This document shows, piece after piece, positions 19,791-40,880 of a DNA stretch of 64,000 bases. The notes below the pieces were generated by a model. The model ran no database searches. It saw only the letters and a list, made by a program, of their open reading frames with translations, and was not told the origin of the DNA. The DNA is from Bugula neritina (lineage: Eukaryota > Animalia > Bryozoa). The DNA lies in NCBI GenBank assembly GCA_964035545.1, contig OZ037765.1:13712698-13776697 (forward strand), written 5' to 3'. A program made the translations under genes and the position numbers. Position 1 is the first letter of the stretch; each line of letters starts with the position of its first letter.

Positions 19791-21375
19791 TTACTTTTTG
19801 ATAACATGTCCAAGATCATATTTTCCTCGAATACATGCAAGGCGGACTCCTGGCAAATCCTGTACGTTTTCGGGTCGAACTAAAACAATGCTGTGCTCTT
19901 GAAGATTATGACCTTCACCTGGTATGTAAGCAATAGCTTCTCGGCCATTAGAGAGGCGTACTCTTACACACTTTCGATTAGCGGAATTGGGTTTTTTAGG
20001 TTTCTTTACAAATGTCTTCAAAACTACACCTTTCATTTGAGGATTACCATCAGTGGGTCTTGGTTTCTTTCGTTTTTTAAAAAATGGTCCTGTTTTATGC
20101 ATCCCATTAAGTGTTGCCATACTTTTTTGAGGTATGTATCCAATGCCTGTAAAATTATGTGAACATTAAAAAGTAAACACCCAACTATTATGAAGATTAT
20201 TGCAGTTTAGCACGTAGACATGTCTTATTAAACAGGAGAGAGCGCTATGATGTTGAGCCAAATAAGGAGATTAGCACGAAAAGTTATTGAAATATTTAGT
20301 CTTTTGCACTGTGTAAAAAACTCACGCAAGTTTATAGTCGCTATCCCTATGAGAAACCCCCTGATAGAAAAGGTTTTTTGTTCAAGCGGGCTAAGGACTT
20401 ATTTAAATAAGGCACAGGAGCAATTATGACTGGATGCTCTTCCTAACATCACCAATGGCTTTTGCCCAAGCTCAAACCCAGGACTTAGCCTAGGGCCACA
20501 CGGTGCGTATTTTCGCACGCGAAAATTGAAATCACAAGTAGCAAAGGTGTCCACTGTGCGCGTTGAGAAAACCTTCGCACTTGTCGCTCTGCATTTTCAA
20601 CGCAAGTGCGAATCGTCTTTGTCGTCGTCATCTAGTTGGCTGGTAGCTATTCAGCGAGCCCAATTTCTTTATTTAGTGCTATATTCCAGTAAATTGCGTT
20701 TTATTGAAAGCGAGTGCGATTTAAAAATGAAAGCTTTATTTATCACGCATCACTGACGCTACAGTGGACACCTTTGCTACTTGTGATTTTAATTTTCGCA
20801 TGCGAAAATACGCACCGTGTGGCCCTAGGCTTAGTGTTTACTAAGCAAACACTCTAACCCCTAGACCACGGCTGCCGCTTTGCACTGTGTAAAGTCACCG
20901 ATCATCTTACATTATAAAGACAGTATTGAATAGGTGCTAGTATCGCAATTTTCAAGTGAATAATCTAATTTTAAAGCCAATGCATTACAGTATAGAACTT
21001 TCAAAATACTACACTTTACATTAGATGTAAAGCCTACATATGCTCCTATGCCACATAGATGAATAAGTCCTTAGCCTGCTTAAAAACCTTTCCATCAGGG
21101 GTTTCTCACAGGGATGGTGACTGTAAACTTGTGGGGAGGGGGGTGTTTAAAGCCTACACATGAGCAAAAGCTATACTTAAAGTTATGCATAGCACAATAC
21201 AACTCATCACCAAAATAGTATAATTTAAAGAACATTTAAACTTACCTTGGTTTGGCATTGCCAGGTTAATAAACTGTTGTAGTAAAGATGTTTGACCTGA
21301 AGATTTCAAATTGCAGACTGTAGATTTCACACATAATGATCTTACAGATGAAGAAAGAGATTTAATAATATTCAT
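19791..21375 (-). CDS. MRPS12: Mitochondrial ribosomal protein S12 (uS12m); coding exons 21375-21246 and 20146-19791
   Basis: [58 protein letters not shown]. Ser/Arg/Lys-rich presequence in the first coding exon; phase-1 intron; an acceptor near 21402 implies an upstream non-coding exon. Confidence 0.95.
20318..20878 (-). mobile_element. tRNA-derived SINE, copy 1 (interrupted by a MITE)
   Basis: TSD TTTGCACTGTGTAAA (20303-20317 / 20879-20893); minus-strand head with A-box-like TGGTCTAGGGG and B-box-like GGTTTGAGC; homologous to the copies at 21773 and 34935. Confidence 0.85.
20488..20830. mobile_element. PIF/Harbinger (Tourist-like) MITE
   Basis: About 70-bp TIR GCCTAGGGCCACACGGTGCG...CGCACCGTGTGGCCCTAGGC; TTA TSD (20485-20487, 20831-20833). 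Confidence 0.9.
21040..21135 (+). mobile_element. 3' fragment of the same SINE family, opposite orientation
   Basis: AATAAGTCCTTAGCCTGCTT..ATCAGGGGTTTCTCACAGGGAT is the reverse complement of the copy 1/2 tails. Confidence 0.75.
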
Positions 21376-21772
21376 TATCGCTCCTGAACCTTGTGAATCA
21401 GCTAAAACAATAAGTTGAATTTCATAAATTTTACAATTTTGAGAAGGTGTGTTGGTGTAGTAATATTCTCTAGTAAAATTGACAAAAACAAAAATAGCAA
21501 AGCTGAGTTCAAGTAATATTGACTTTCGACATTATTTATAATTCCTTAGCAGCATTGGGCTTCTCAAAATACTTTGGGACCCAACTAAACCAAAAAACTC
21601 AACTTATTCAACAGAGTAACTGACTTAAAATTTCGACTCTGGTGCTATAGTGTAAATAGTGTAGATCTCCAGATATTACATAAATAGAAACTAGCATTAG
21701 CAAGTCAGAATTTCTAAAAAAATTGGCAGTATCAGACATCATGGGCTCATAATAGAAAGCTAACCCTCCAAA

Positions 21773-22382
21773 TAGAAAACTCACGTAAGTTTATAGTCGC
21801 TATCCCTGTGAGAAACCCCTGATAAAATAGGTTTTTGTTAAAGCAGGCTAAGGACTTATTTAAATGAGGCACAGGGGCAATTATGACTGGAGGCTCTTCC
21901 CAGAGTGGTGTATCTGGAGTGGCGACTTTAGAGCATGAGAAATCATTATGCCGCTTTTTGTACCTTGAGTTTATATAAGTTATAAAGGGAAAATTTTGCC
22001 AGTCGTTATTTTTTTTTCTGTTTCATGTGTACATTTTTTGAGTTTTGCTTATTGGTATAATTTTTAAACACATTTTTTATGTATATAAAATCAAAATCAA
22101 TTTCAATACTCACTCATGCATGTAAATACAAAGCTATAAAGTTTAAGTTTCGCTGTGATTACAATGTGAATATGAATTGATTAATGCTTGCAATAACCAT
22201 TTTACACAAAATACATTACAGTTGCTATAAATGTAAGACTAGTATGTTGGATGCAAATAGGCATAGTAATACTACTTAATTTATGCTATTTTTAAAATTT
22301 TTAGTAAATATTTAGCATGTATATTATATACATGTATATTATATACATGTATATTATGTACATGTATATTATATACATGTAT

Positions 22383-22450
<68 letters not shown>

Positions 22451-22845
22451 TTGAGTTTTACACGGTTTATTCATATTCACATTGTAATCACAGCGAAACT
22501 TAAACTTTATAGCTTCGTATTTATGTGCGTGAGGAAGTTTTAATTTTTTTAACTTTATATGCATAAAAAATGTGTTTAAAAGTTATATCAATAAGCAAAA
22601 CTCAAAAAATGTACACATAAAATGAAAAAAATAATAAAATAACAACATTTTTCCTCTATAACTTATATAAACTCGCGGTACAAAAAGCGGCATAATGACA
22701 TCCATATGATTTCCTAAAGTTTTCACTTGAATATCTACCCCACTGGCTCTTCCTAACATCACCAATGGCCTTTGTCCGGGTTTGAACCCATGGCCTCATG
22801 TTTACTAGGCAAACGCTCTAACCCCTAGACCACAGCTGCTCCCTC
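21773..22845 (-). mobile_element. tRNA-derived SINE, copy 2 (interrupted by a hAT MITE)
   Basis: TSD AAAGCTAACC(C/T)TCCAAA (21756-21772 / 22846-22862); collinear with copy 1 once the insertion is removed. Confidence 0.85.
21901..22745. mobile_element. hAT-type MITE with long imperfect inverted arms around a central 14-bp minisatellite and (AT)n
   Basis: 8-bp TSD GCTCTTCC (21893-21900, 22746-22753); CAG...CTG ends; arms at about 21901-22180 and 22468-22745. Confidence 0.85.
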
Positions 22846-25367
22846 AAAGCTAACCTTCCAAAAGCCATACTTCAGGTAAAGAAAAGAAAAGTACAGAAAA
22901 TTAAAGCAAAGTATACACTTAAATTTTCGCTATTAATGCTTCATACTTAACAATATTTGTCAATCGAAATTTATTCTGTAGATGAATCAAAAATTGGCCG
23001 TCTTCTGCAGCACAAGATATATGATCACTAGTCCAACAAAAGACTTTAATACTAGTAAATCCCATGCAAGTTCATTATTGTTTGACTAACAGCATATCAA
23101 GAGTCAAATACAGCTACATTTAAAAAAATTATCAGAAGTTTTATTATGTGTTGCCAAGAAAGTCAATCAACTTTTACTTGTTAGTTGTCAGAACATTGCT
23201 TTAATAAGTAAAAAAAATTATCCAGATTTAATAAATAATTGTTTACCAAAGAATATTACTTTAATTCACACTGGCCTTGAATATTCAAAAACAAGTTACT
23301 AAATAAAATGAGTTTGCTAAAATCATTTTTTACAATTTAGACAAATAACATTTTGTATTCAATTTTAATTCTATAATTTATCTTGTGGAGCAATTTAACT
23401 AAAATTGTATGGCATTCAAAGCCTACTATATTAAAACTATGTTCTTTCCTTTGTTCTTGTATATAAATATGCAAACTTCTACTTATACCATTTTCTGAAT
23501 ATTGATTGGATAATAATTTTTGTGCGCAAGCCCTGTCGTATATTTTTTCAACCTCTTTCTGCTTTCATGTTTTGCTGATAAATATATACAAACATTTAGA
23601 CTCAAAATAATATAAAATTTATCTGCAATCATCCACAACATGTATCAGTCAACATAAAACTTGACACAACTTATCATTGATTTAAAGCAATGGAACAAAA
23701 ACAACCAGCACAAATACAATTTGACATGCAATAACGAAACAAATAAATCCAAATGCCAAACAGGAACAGTGAACTTATAAAATTTACATTTATAACTCAT
23801 ATCATTTAATGTTAATATTATTTAACAAAACTTATTTTGAAAAAATTTTAAAAATAAATTTGTAATAATATTTTTAAGAATATTTAGGAAGCCTTCTTAT
23901 TTTTTTTAAATTTCCCATCTGGTAAATAATACTTTTCTGGAGAAAAGTTGTTTTATATGGATACTTGAAATTTCACATTGAACTAAGGAAAACAACTTGC
24001 ATAATTTTGAATGGCTGCAGCATAAGTGCAAATAAAATACTTTTTCTCAAAGTGTGACTGCAAATAGACAATAATCAACTGCTGACATTTAATGTTTTTG
24101 ATGTTTCATTTCTATGTACCTGGCCTTAAGTGTATGCACTTAGATTTAAAAACAACTAGTATTTTAATAGCCAGCTCTGCACATGATGAACAATTTTTTT
24201 CAGAGTTCTGGTTTCAACGTTGTATACTTAGAGTTCGACTTTTCTATAATTGCCTCTTTTGTTATGCGACATTTTACTTAGTGTAAAAATGTGTGTCCTA
24301 CTTTTGCCATATAATTATGAGTGTATATAAAACACTCAGATTATTTGTAAATACTAGAAATACTTAAAGTTTATTCAAGCTTGCATTATGTGGATTATCT
24401 TCCTCTTTTAAAAACAAATAACGTTTAGCTATAAATAGAGATGTACATTCTGTAACACTTAGCATTATACTGTAAGTATTTTATATTACAATTCTTCTAA
24501 ACTTACAAAAAGGTATCTATCTGAAGTGTAAAAATTGAAAACTTTTATTGCTTTTGTGTTCCCAGCCAAGGGGTCAAGGTCTCTAAGTAGTAGAGCAGCA
24601 GAGAACATGAACATTATTATTAATACAATACGAAAATAATAATTGTAGCGTTTACAGTCATATACTAAATAAATTACCACATGATGATAATTGCAATTGT
24701 AAAAAATTAAATAATAATTACTGCAATTATTATACAGTATACAATCTTACTAAAGTTACACAATCAAAATTAGTTAGTAATTATACAAAAAATAACTATG
24801 AAATAGGAAGCAAAAACTTTGAATGTCTATTTTTTATGTAAACTGTATCGAGCTAATCATCCTAATAATAATACTAAATTTAATCATGTGTGATTAGTGC
24901 ATATGAGTACAGTAATGTTTGATTGAGTATAAGCTGATTTTATCGCGATTTATTACAATATAAACTAACCAGAAAATCCCTCAACTAGTTTCGAAGTGAA
25001 TAATAACACAACAAATCATCCTAATGATAAGTCATAACAGTGATAACCACCACAACAATTTTCAATCCTTATATTGATTAGCATCACTAACAATTAATAT
25101 TATAACTATTACTATTAGTAACACTAATAGTAATACTATTGTCTATTAGTATTACTATTACTATTAATACTAATACTAATAGTATTAGTATTACAAATAG
25201 TGAAATACAAATGTTAATACAATAGCCAAGTACAAAACTAGTTTCAATTACAATACCTTTGAACACCTTTGAAGACATAGAACACTTGGAAACACTCAAG
25301 GTTATAAAAGTGCCTCATTTGTTTTACAGTGCGAGCTAAAGGTTAGGTGGTAATTGTGTTGATTTTT

Positions 25368-25890
25368 TTATATAGACCTTCTGGTGTCTCTAATGGTTTT
25401 TGGTAAAAAGCTACCATGGTATACGTGTGAGTTTTTATAAATGGATGTTAGTTCACCGTGGGCAACAGACCTAGTGGTTATTGCCAAATTTTGGCGATCT
25501 TGTGTGATTTCATCGTATACCAATATTGAGTGTTGTTCTTCCTGCAGTATTTTCATGAGGAGATTGAGTCGGTGAGCCCTGGGTCTTTGTTTGAGAGACT
25601 GAAGGCCAAGCTAAGAGTAAGAGCATGCCTTGGTGATGACTTTTCGCCCCTTTAATCTAGCAATAAACCTCACTACCCTGTGCTGTGACATTTCCAGAGA
25701 CTCAATGTCTTTAGCTAATGTTGGATCCCACATGGTATCTGCGTACTAGAGAAAGGGACGGCACAGACTAGTGTAAGCCAGTAGCTTACCTTTTCTGGGG
25801 CCTCATGTAGAAAGTGTTTAATTGCTCTTAAAATGTTTGAAGCCTTATCCTTTTTAAGTGTAATATGCTGATCAAATTTAAGGTCTGTTT
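25368..25890 (-). mobile_element. Decayed CR1/L2-group LINE 3' fragment
   Basis: LAYTSLCRP..YADTMWDP..DIESLE and SFLPKTIRD C-terminal motifs, with stops. Confidence 0.75.
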
Positions 25891-26084
25891 AAAAAAAAGG
25901 AAAACTATAATGTTTATTTTAAGCTTATAAGTTGATTATAGTTATAATTATCATATTGATATTTATCATAATTTAAATCATGATGATTATGACTAGTCAC
26001 TGAATTTTTATTTAATTTTAAATTTAAATAACCAATAATTCATTCAATATGAATATGGGTATCACTTTGACTCTGAGTTTGACA

Positions 26085-27020
26085 ATATCAATATGAATAT
26101 TAATACTAATACAAATACTAATAGTAATACTAATAGTAATACTAATACTAATAGTAATAGTAATACTAATAGAATATCAATATGAATATGAATAACCATA
26201 ATAATAAGCACTATGTCTTACTATCTTTTATAATGTCAGTAACTTAATTCTAAAACAAAACTAACATGATCTATGTGTAATAAACTGGGTATCATTATTA
26301 GTACTAGCATTTAATTTTTATTTTACAGTCATCATGATCTTTATTCTATTGCAACCATCAGAGTTATAGTTGAAAATCCTTAATTGACCGGATATTTACA
26401 CAAAGTATTGTAGGGGAGATATTGCTTTATTTCGATGTTGCATATGTAAGCCAATCGATGATAAGCTACAATTACTTCATCGCCATTGGTTAGATTTTGC
26501 TATCTAAAGAGCCTTGGTGTTCGTTCCTTAGTGCATTCTGCTAATTCGATTGCTACAGTAATTGCTACAGCGATTATTGTCGAAACGGAAACCAGGGTGA
26601 CCTAAGTGAAAACAGTTATCGATAATATTGGTAATATTTGTAATACTAATACTAATAGGAATACTGGTACTGATACTACTAGTACTTGTAGTTTGTATAT
26701 TTTTAGATTATTCCATTTGTATCCTAATACTATATTGTTGTTGCTAAACTAGATGCGTGCACACTACTACTAATACTAGTACTATTGTTAATCATAATCA
26801 TAAATGATAATGTTACTAAATCTAATATTAATACTAATAGTAATAGTAATACTAATAGTAATACTAATAGTAATAGTAATACTAATACAGTAATAGTAAT
26901 ACTAATAGTAATAGTAATAGTTATAGTAATACCGCTGTGCCTATTGTCACTGATAATATAAATATTAATTCTAATTGTAACTTCACAATAGTAATACTAA
27001 TACTAATAGTAATAGTAATT
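26085..27020. repeat. Degenerate hexamer tracts (TAATAC/TAATAG)n; similar tracts at 25095-25200 and 41120-41310
   Basis: Direct reading. Confidence 0.85.
26430..26630 (+). promoter_or_regulatory. Putative FRRS1 promoter / first non-coding exon
   Basis: Local CpG cluster in a CpG-poor background; opposed CCAAT boxes (~26451, ~26485); donor-like G|GTAATA at 26631; the first coding exon has an acceptor at 28001. Confidence 0.4.
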
Positions 27021-27049
27021 GAAATGGTGATGTATACTGATACTTATAA

Positions 27050-27900
27050 TTATCTTAAAGTTGATTGAATTTTCATCTGTAAAATAATGGAACAAATAGG
27101 AATTGCTGAATTGGAACTCTTATCTGCTTACTTCCTTACCATAACGCAGGTTTTCTGACAATCTGGATTATTTGGTTTTGTATTCATAGTCTTACTTTTT
27201 GACTTTCTGATATAGTTGAAGTTGAACATGCTTCAAGAATGGTATGAATGATAATAAATAAAAAGCGGCTTAGAGCTGACCTTGATGTAAGCCTTCTAAG
27301 CTAATACTTTCTGTCTCTCCTACTCTTGGGGACACCCTTGCCTTATACCTATTTCTCATCATCATGCATATCCTGACTAAGTCTAATGTCTCTGAGAAAA
27401 ATATTTTCTTTAAACAATACCACATTCGCGGATACCAATTCACTGATACCAAGTGTAACTTTCTGTCAAACTCTTTAAATTGGCTGTGTAGTAGACTTTC
27501 CTTTCTGGGAGCCATACTGGCTTTCACTTATCTTCACTGTATCCCTCAACTTTGACTCAATCATTCCTTTCCTCAGCTTAAATGAGAACTTGGCATCCCC
27601 TGTAATTGTTGCAGTCAAGAGAATTTCAGTTCGGTGTGCTTGTTATGGTACTTTGTTTTCAACTGTTTGGTGTTTCTTCTCTTTGAACTTCTGCCAGGAT
27701 TTATTGTATTCATTTTGTTCCTGTATGTCCCAGATCTTTTATAACATTGACTAAAAGTTTGTTTGAGTTGGTAACCTTGTTCCTAGCCATCATTTCTAGT
27801 TGTTGCCTAATATCTTGAAACTTGACCTTTGGTATTGATCTTTTCTTTCTCTCAATGTTGCTCAACAAGACAGCAGTGTTAAACTTGCAAAAGGATTAAT
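27050..27900 (-). mobile_element. Decayed RTE-clade LINE RT fragment
   Basis: CNNYRG, ISESQYGSQKGKSTTQPI and GLHQG(SALSP) motifs broken by frameshifts. Confidence 0.75.
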
Positions 27901-28025
27901 TTATGTTTGAGAGTAAAACAACATACACGAATAATGCTATCATTGTAGTAATATTTATGTACATTGTTTCACTCTCAGACTATATAATTACTCATGTTGT
28001 AGATATCACCCTTGCAAGTTTAACA

Positions 28026-37169
<9,144 letters not shown>

Positions 37170-39200
37170 CACTCTTTGGTCTTGGTGTCATCAAAGCTTA
37201 CTTTGGTCAGCATGATACTCTACAACAACAGTCTGACTATTCACTGCCTAGTAGTCAGCTGCTATGATGCTTTATGCTCTTGGCACATGGTATTTTTTTA
37301 CTTTCAATTGACAACTATTATTCATGCTTTTATTTTCTTAGATTTTTTTTAATCTGTTTGATTTGTTTTTAATTTCAAATAGTGATAACTTAGATTTGAA
37401 ACTGTTATAAAAATTGGAAAATGCCTGCTTTATTAGCTCACCTTCTGCTTGTTTTACATATATCCCGTATCTTCTACTTAGAATTATATACATATATCTA
37501 TATTTAAGACTCCAAAATGCTGTTTTATAACACTAATAATGTGCTCGGCAGCAATAGTTTTAATTTTTAATTTTAACATTGAATAGAAATTCTAGTGAAA
37601 AATGCGTTTGTTTTCGTTTTGATTTGGTACATATAAATTATATTTTTGGGAAATGTTTTTTTTGCCTTCAATGAATATCTTAATGACTGTGGATTTTTTC
37701 GAAAGCAATTAATAATCTCTATTTACTATTTGTAGCTTTGAAATGTTTGCCTAAATCTGGCTATTCAAATAAAGTAAACAACCGTTACAAATAAGTGTTT
37801 TCTTATTTTTAGCAATAGCATCATACAAAACTATAGGGTTGTTTCCTCTCTCAATTCCATGCTAGCATCAATTGAAAGAATTTAAAGGGCTTCTTGTGTT
37901 GAGCCAAAATAAGGTGCTTAAGAAAAGATGTGCCAATGCTCTTCAATATCTGTGGAGGGATTTTGCCAGTTATCATATTGAAAACAAGTTTATGAAAGTC
38001 AATGTATTACTGTAAACTGTAAAATATTTTATAAACAAGCTAGTTTTAATTGAAAGAGCTAAAAAATGTTTGTGTTATACAGTTTAAAGGCTTCTGAAAT
38101 GGTCTTTATTGTCAAAGTCCTGTAAAGCATTGCAGCCCATTTTTCCAAATTTGGCCACATCTGGCTTAAATTCACTATTTATATATTTTGTGAGAGATTT
38201 TCTATCTTAAACAGTCTTTTCCAAAAGGGTTTAGCTTGCCATCTCTCTATAACCAGCAATTTAGGGTAGGTAAATAAGTTGCCCATGTAGGCCCCTCTAT
38301 TACTCAAATAAAGTGTACCAACTGCCAGTAATCAATGATGGTAAATGTTCTTAATCATTAATTTAAATCACTTTGTTGTTTAAATAGTGTCAATTTTTCC
38401 AAATTAAATTTGATGCAAGCTTTGAATTAAAATATATTAAAAAGGTGTGTAATTGCTTGAAAGCAAAAATGCAAGTTTTCACTATTTTAAAGGTAGAAGT
38501 TATCACCTTTTATATGCCAATTGTTTATTATTTATACAATTGTATTATGTAAATTTACAGTAGCAATATTATTGATTGAGCAAACTAGCCTCGTTCTGCA
38601 TTATATAGCAGAAAATTATTTAAATATAACTAAAGTGTATGCTAAAGTTGCCACATGTAGTCAACAAAAATATAGCTGTATAAGCTCGAGGGTGTAATGC
38701 AGTGGTTCCCAACCTGAGGGGAATTTGGACATTTTAGGAGGGAATTTGGATTTTAAAAAATGCATGCAATTTGTTGATGGTTTTTGAGCTCTTGCAAGTT
38801 ACATGTATATGCATGTCTATAAATCTTCATCTTAGTTCATCTGTTTAACTAAACCATATTCTGCAATCTCAGTTTATTTCTACATGAATGTGTGTTTATT
38901 AATTACTCTACCCTAACTGTTCTCTGTGTTACTTCGAATGAAAGTCAAAAATATGCAAAAAATAACAGGCCAACTTTTAGCAGCCATGCACGTCAATTTC
39001 TATGAACTGTATACTACATACCTAGTGAATATATTTGCTACACTAAATAATCTGAACCTAAAAATGCAGGAGTGCAATCATCATATCATTGCCTTTCATA
39101 GCAGCGGCAACTTTTTAAGGTTACACTAAAGTGGTGTCATTTCTATCAAAAGCATGGTGTCTTTCCCTACACTCAATGAACTTTGATAGAAGAAGAACCT

Positions 39201-39409
39201 ATTCCGATTTTAGGTAAAAATAATGGCACAGGTAAAAATCGCACACTGGTGTTAAATTTTCCCAAACCCAAACCTCCAAACCCCTCATCCTCTAACCCCC
39301 AACTCAAATCTACTATGTTAATATTTAAAATGTGCCAATTTTACTTAATTTTCCATTTGTGCCATTATTACCTGTGTCATTTTTACCTGTGCCATTTTTA
39401 CCAGACACC
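39201..39409. mobile_element. Unclassified short element with tandem GGTAAAAATGGCACA subterminal units and a C-rich core (copy 1)
   Basis: Inverted terminal unit arrays; related to 39660-39895. Confidence 0.65.
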
Positions 39410-39659
39410 ACCTGTTCCAGATCATTTTTCAAAAAAACTTTTAGGCATCTCTCTGAACTTTTAATGGAGTTTTAAGGGTATTTTTTTGAGCTACCTCCCA
39501 AAAAGAAAGAGCTAGATTCTTAATTTGACATGTGATCCATTGCAACGCTTTGTTGAAAAGTTTTCAGAGGAGTTACAGGAGGATTTTATTGAGCTGGTTC
39601 ACAATTCAGCAATGAAGAGTAATTTGAAATTTTCTCCAGTTGATGTGTTGTGGGTAGTG

Positions 39660-39895
39660 CCCAGTAGAAATGGCACAGGTAATAATGACACAAATGGAAA
39701 AGTAAGTAAAAATGGCACATGTTTTCAATATCGGGGTGGGAGTTTGGAGTTTGAAAGAGGGGTTTGGGGGGAGGATTTTGGGTTTGTACTTGGGGTTCTG
39801 GAGTTAGGGGGTGGGGGTTTGGGTTCAAGAGTTGGGGATTTGATGTGGAGGGTTTGGGGTTTGAGTTTAAAAAAATTTAACATCAGTGTGCCAAA
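39660..39895. mobile_element. Second, truncated and inverted copy of the same short element
   Basis: Opposite-strand match; the two spurious ORFs share FYL.FHLCHYYLCHFY. Confidence 0.65.
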
Positions 39896-40880
39896 TAATT
39901 GTGGGTTTCAACAAGCAAACTCTTTCCGCACATAACTGACAAAACAGAGTTTTGGTGCCGTCCAGCACCACCTATCCGTGTCAGGTAGGATTCTCATCTC
40001 AAAGAGAAAATAAACTGCCTTAACCTGCAGAGTGACTTAAGATGGGCCTGGCCAAACACAGAGCCAGGCTTAAGCAAGCTGGTACAAAAGTATTAAATAA
40101 AGCCATAACATTATTAATTGAACTGCTCTGTGTTTGATAACATAAAAATAACGATAATATTACTATTATGATAATTATATTATATGCAAATATAATAGAA
40201 CAAAATATATTGCATTGTATCATATATTCTCATTCAGTACGTCATAAAATATTTTTGCTCTTCAAAAAGGGGGGGGAATTAATAGTCAACATTTATAAAA
40301 GGGGGGAATAATATGAAAAAGGTTGGGAACCACTGGTGTAATGGAAGAGTTCAGTTGGAGTTGTTTTACATTGTCCTTGTGAAGGCAGAGTTCCAGAAAA
40401 TCAGCCATTTTAAGATTCCATGGAATTTGTTACTATAACATAATAATAATAATAATAATATGTCATTAGGTTGGAATTTTTAAAGCTAGTTTTTGTAAAA
40501 TAAACTACGGGCAAGTTTTGCGGATATTTATATTCGCTATAGGAGTTGCGTGTTCAAACTAGATACCCGTACTTCTTCGTTCTGAAACGGTCTCGCTTGA
40601 TAGTTGCCTAAAAATTTTGTTAGAATCGTTCACTCATATTAAATTCAACGAGACGTTCTTATAGGAAAAGGGTACCAAAACAAGGTTACGGGTGAAAAGA
40701 AATGCCATTTTTCGCTATCTTTCGTACACAACTACGATGAAAACTGTCATGGCTGCTGTAGGATAGTATTTCCTCTAAATATTGACAAAATATTTATTTT
40801 ACCATCATTAGAAGTTGTTAAGTTAAAGCATAAAGCTGTGATTGTACCAGAATTTACGGAATAAAATCTTACACATGCCC

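Larger units (their letters stand above)
38700..40335 (+). mobile_element. Internally deleted hAT (Buster/Charlie-like) transposon
   Basis: 16-bp TIR CAGTGGTTCCCAACCT; 8-bp TSD GTGTAATG (38692-38699, 40336-40343); remnants YLVNIFATLNNLNLKMQ, LQEDFIEL, VPSSTTYPCQVGFSS, LNLQSDLR. Confidence 0.9.

Noticed and set aside
19791-20120. Bacterial rpsL or a horizontal transfer
   Set aside because: It has a spliceosomal intron and a mitochondrial presequence exon, so it is ordinary nuclear MRPS12.
20800-20878. tRNA gene
   Set aside because: The A/B-box-like motifs belong to a TSD-flanked SINE head; no full cloverleaf.
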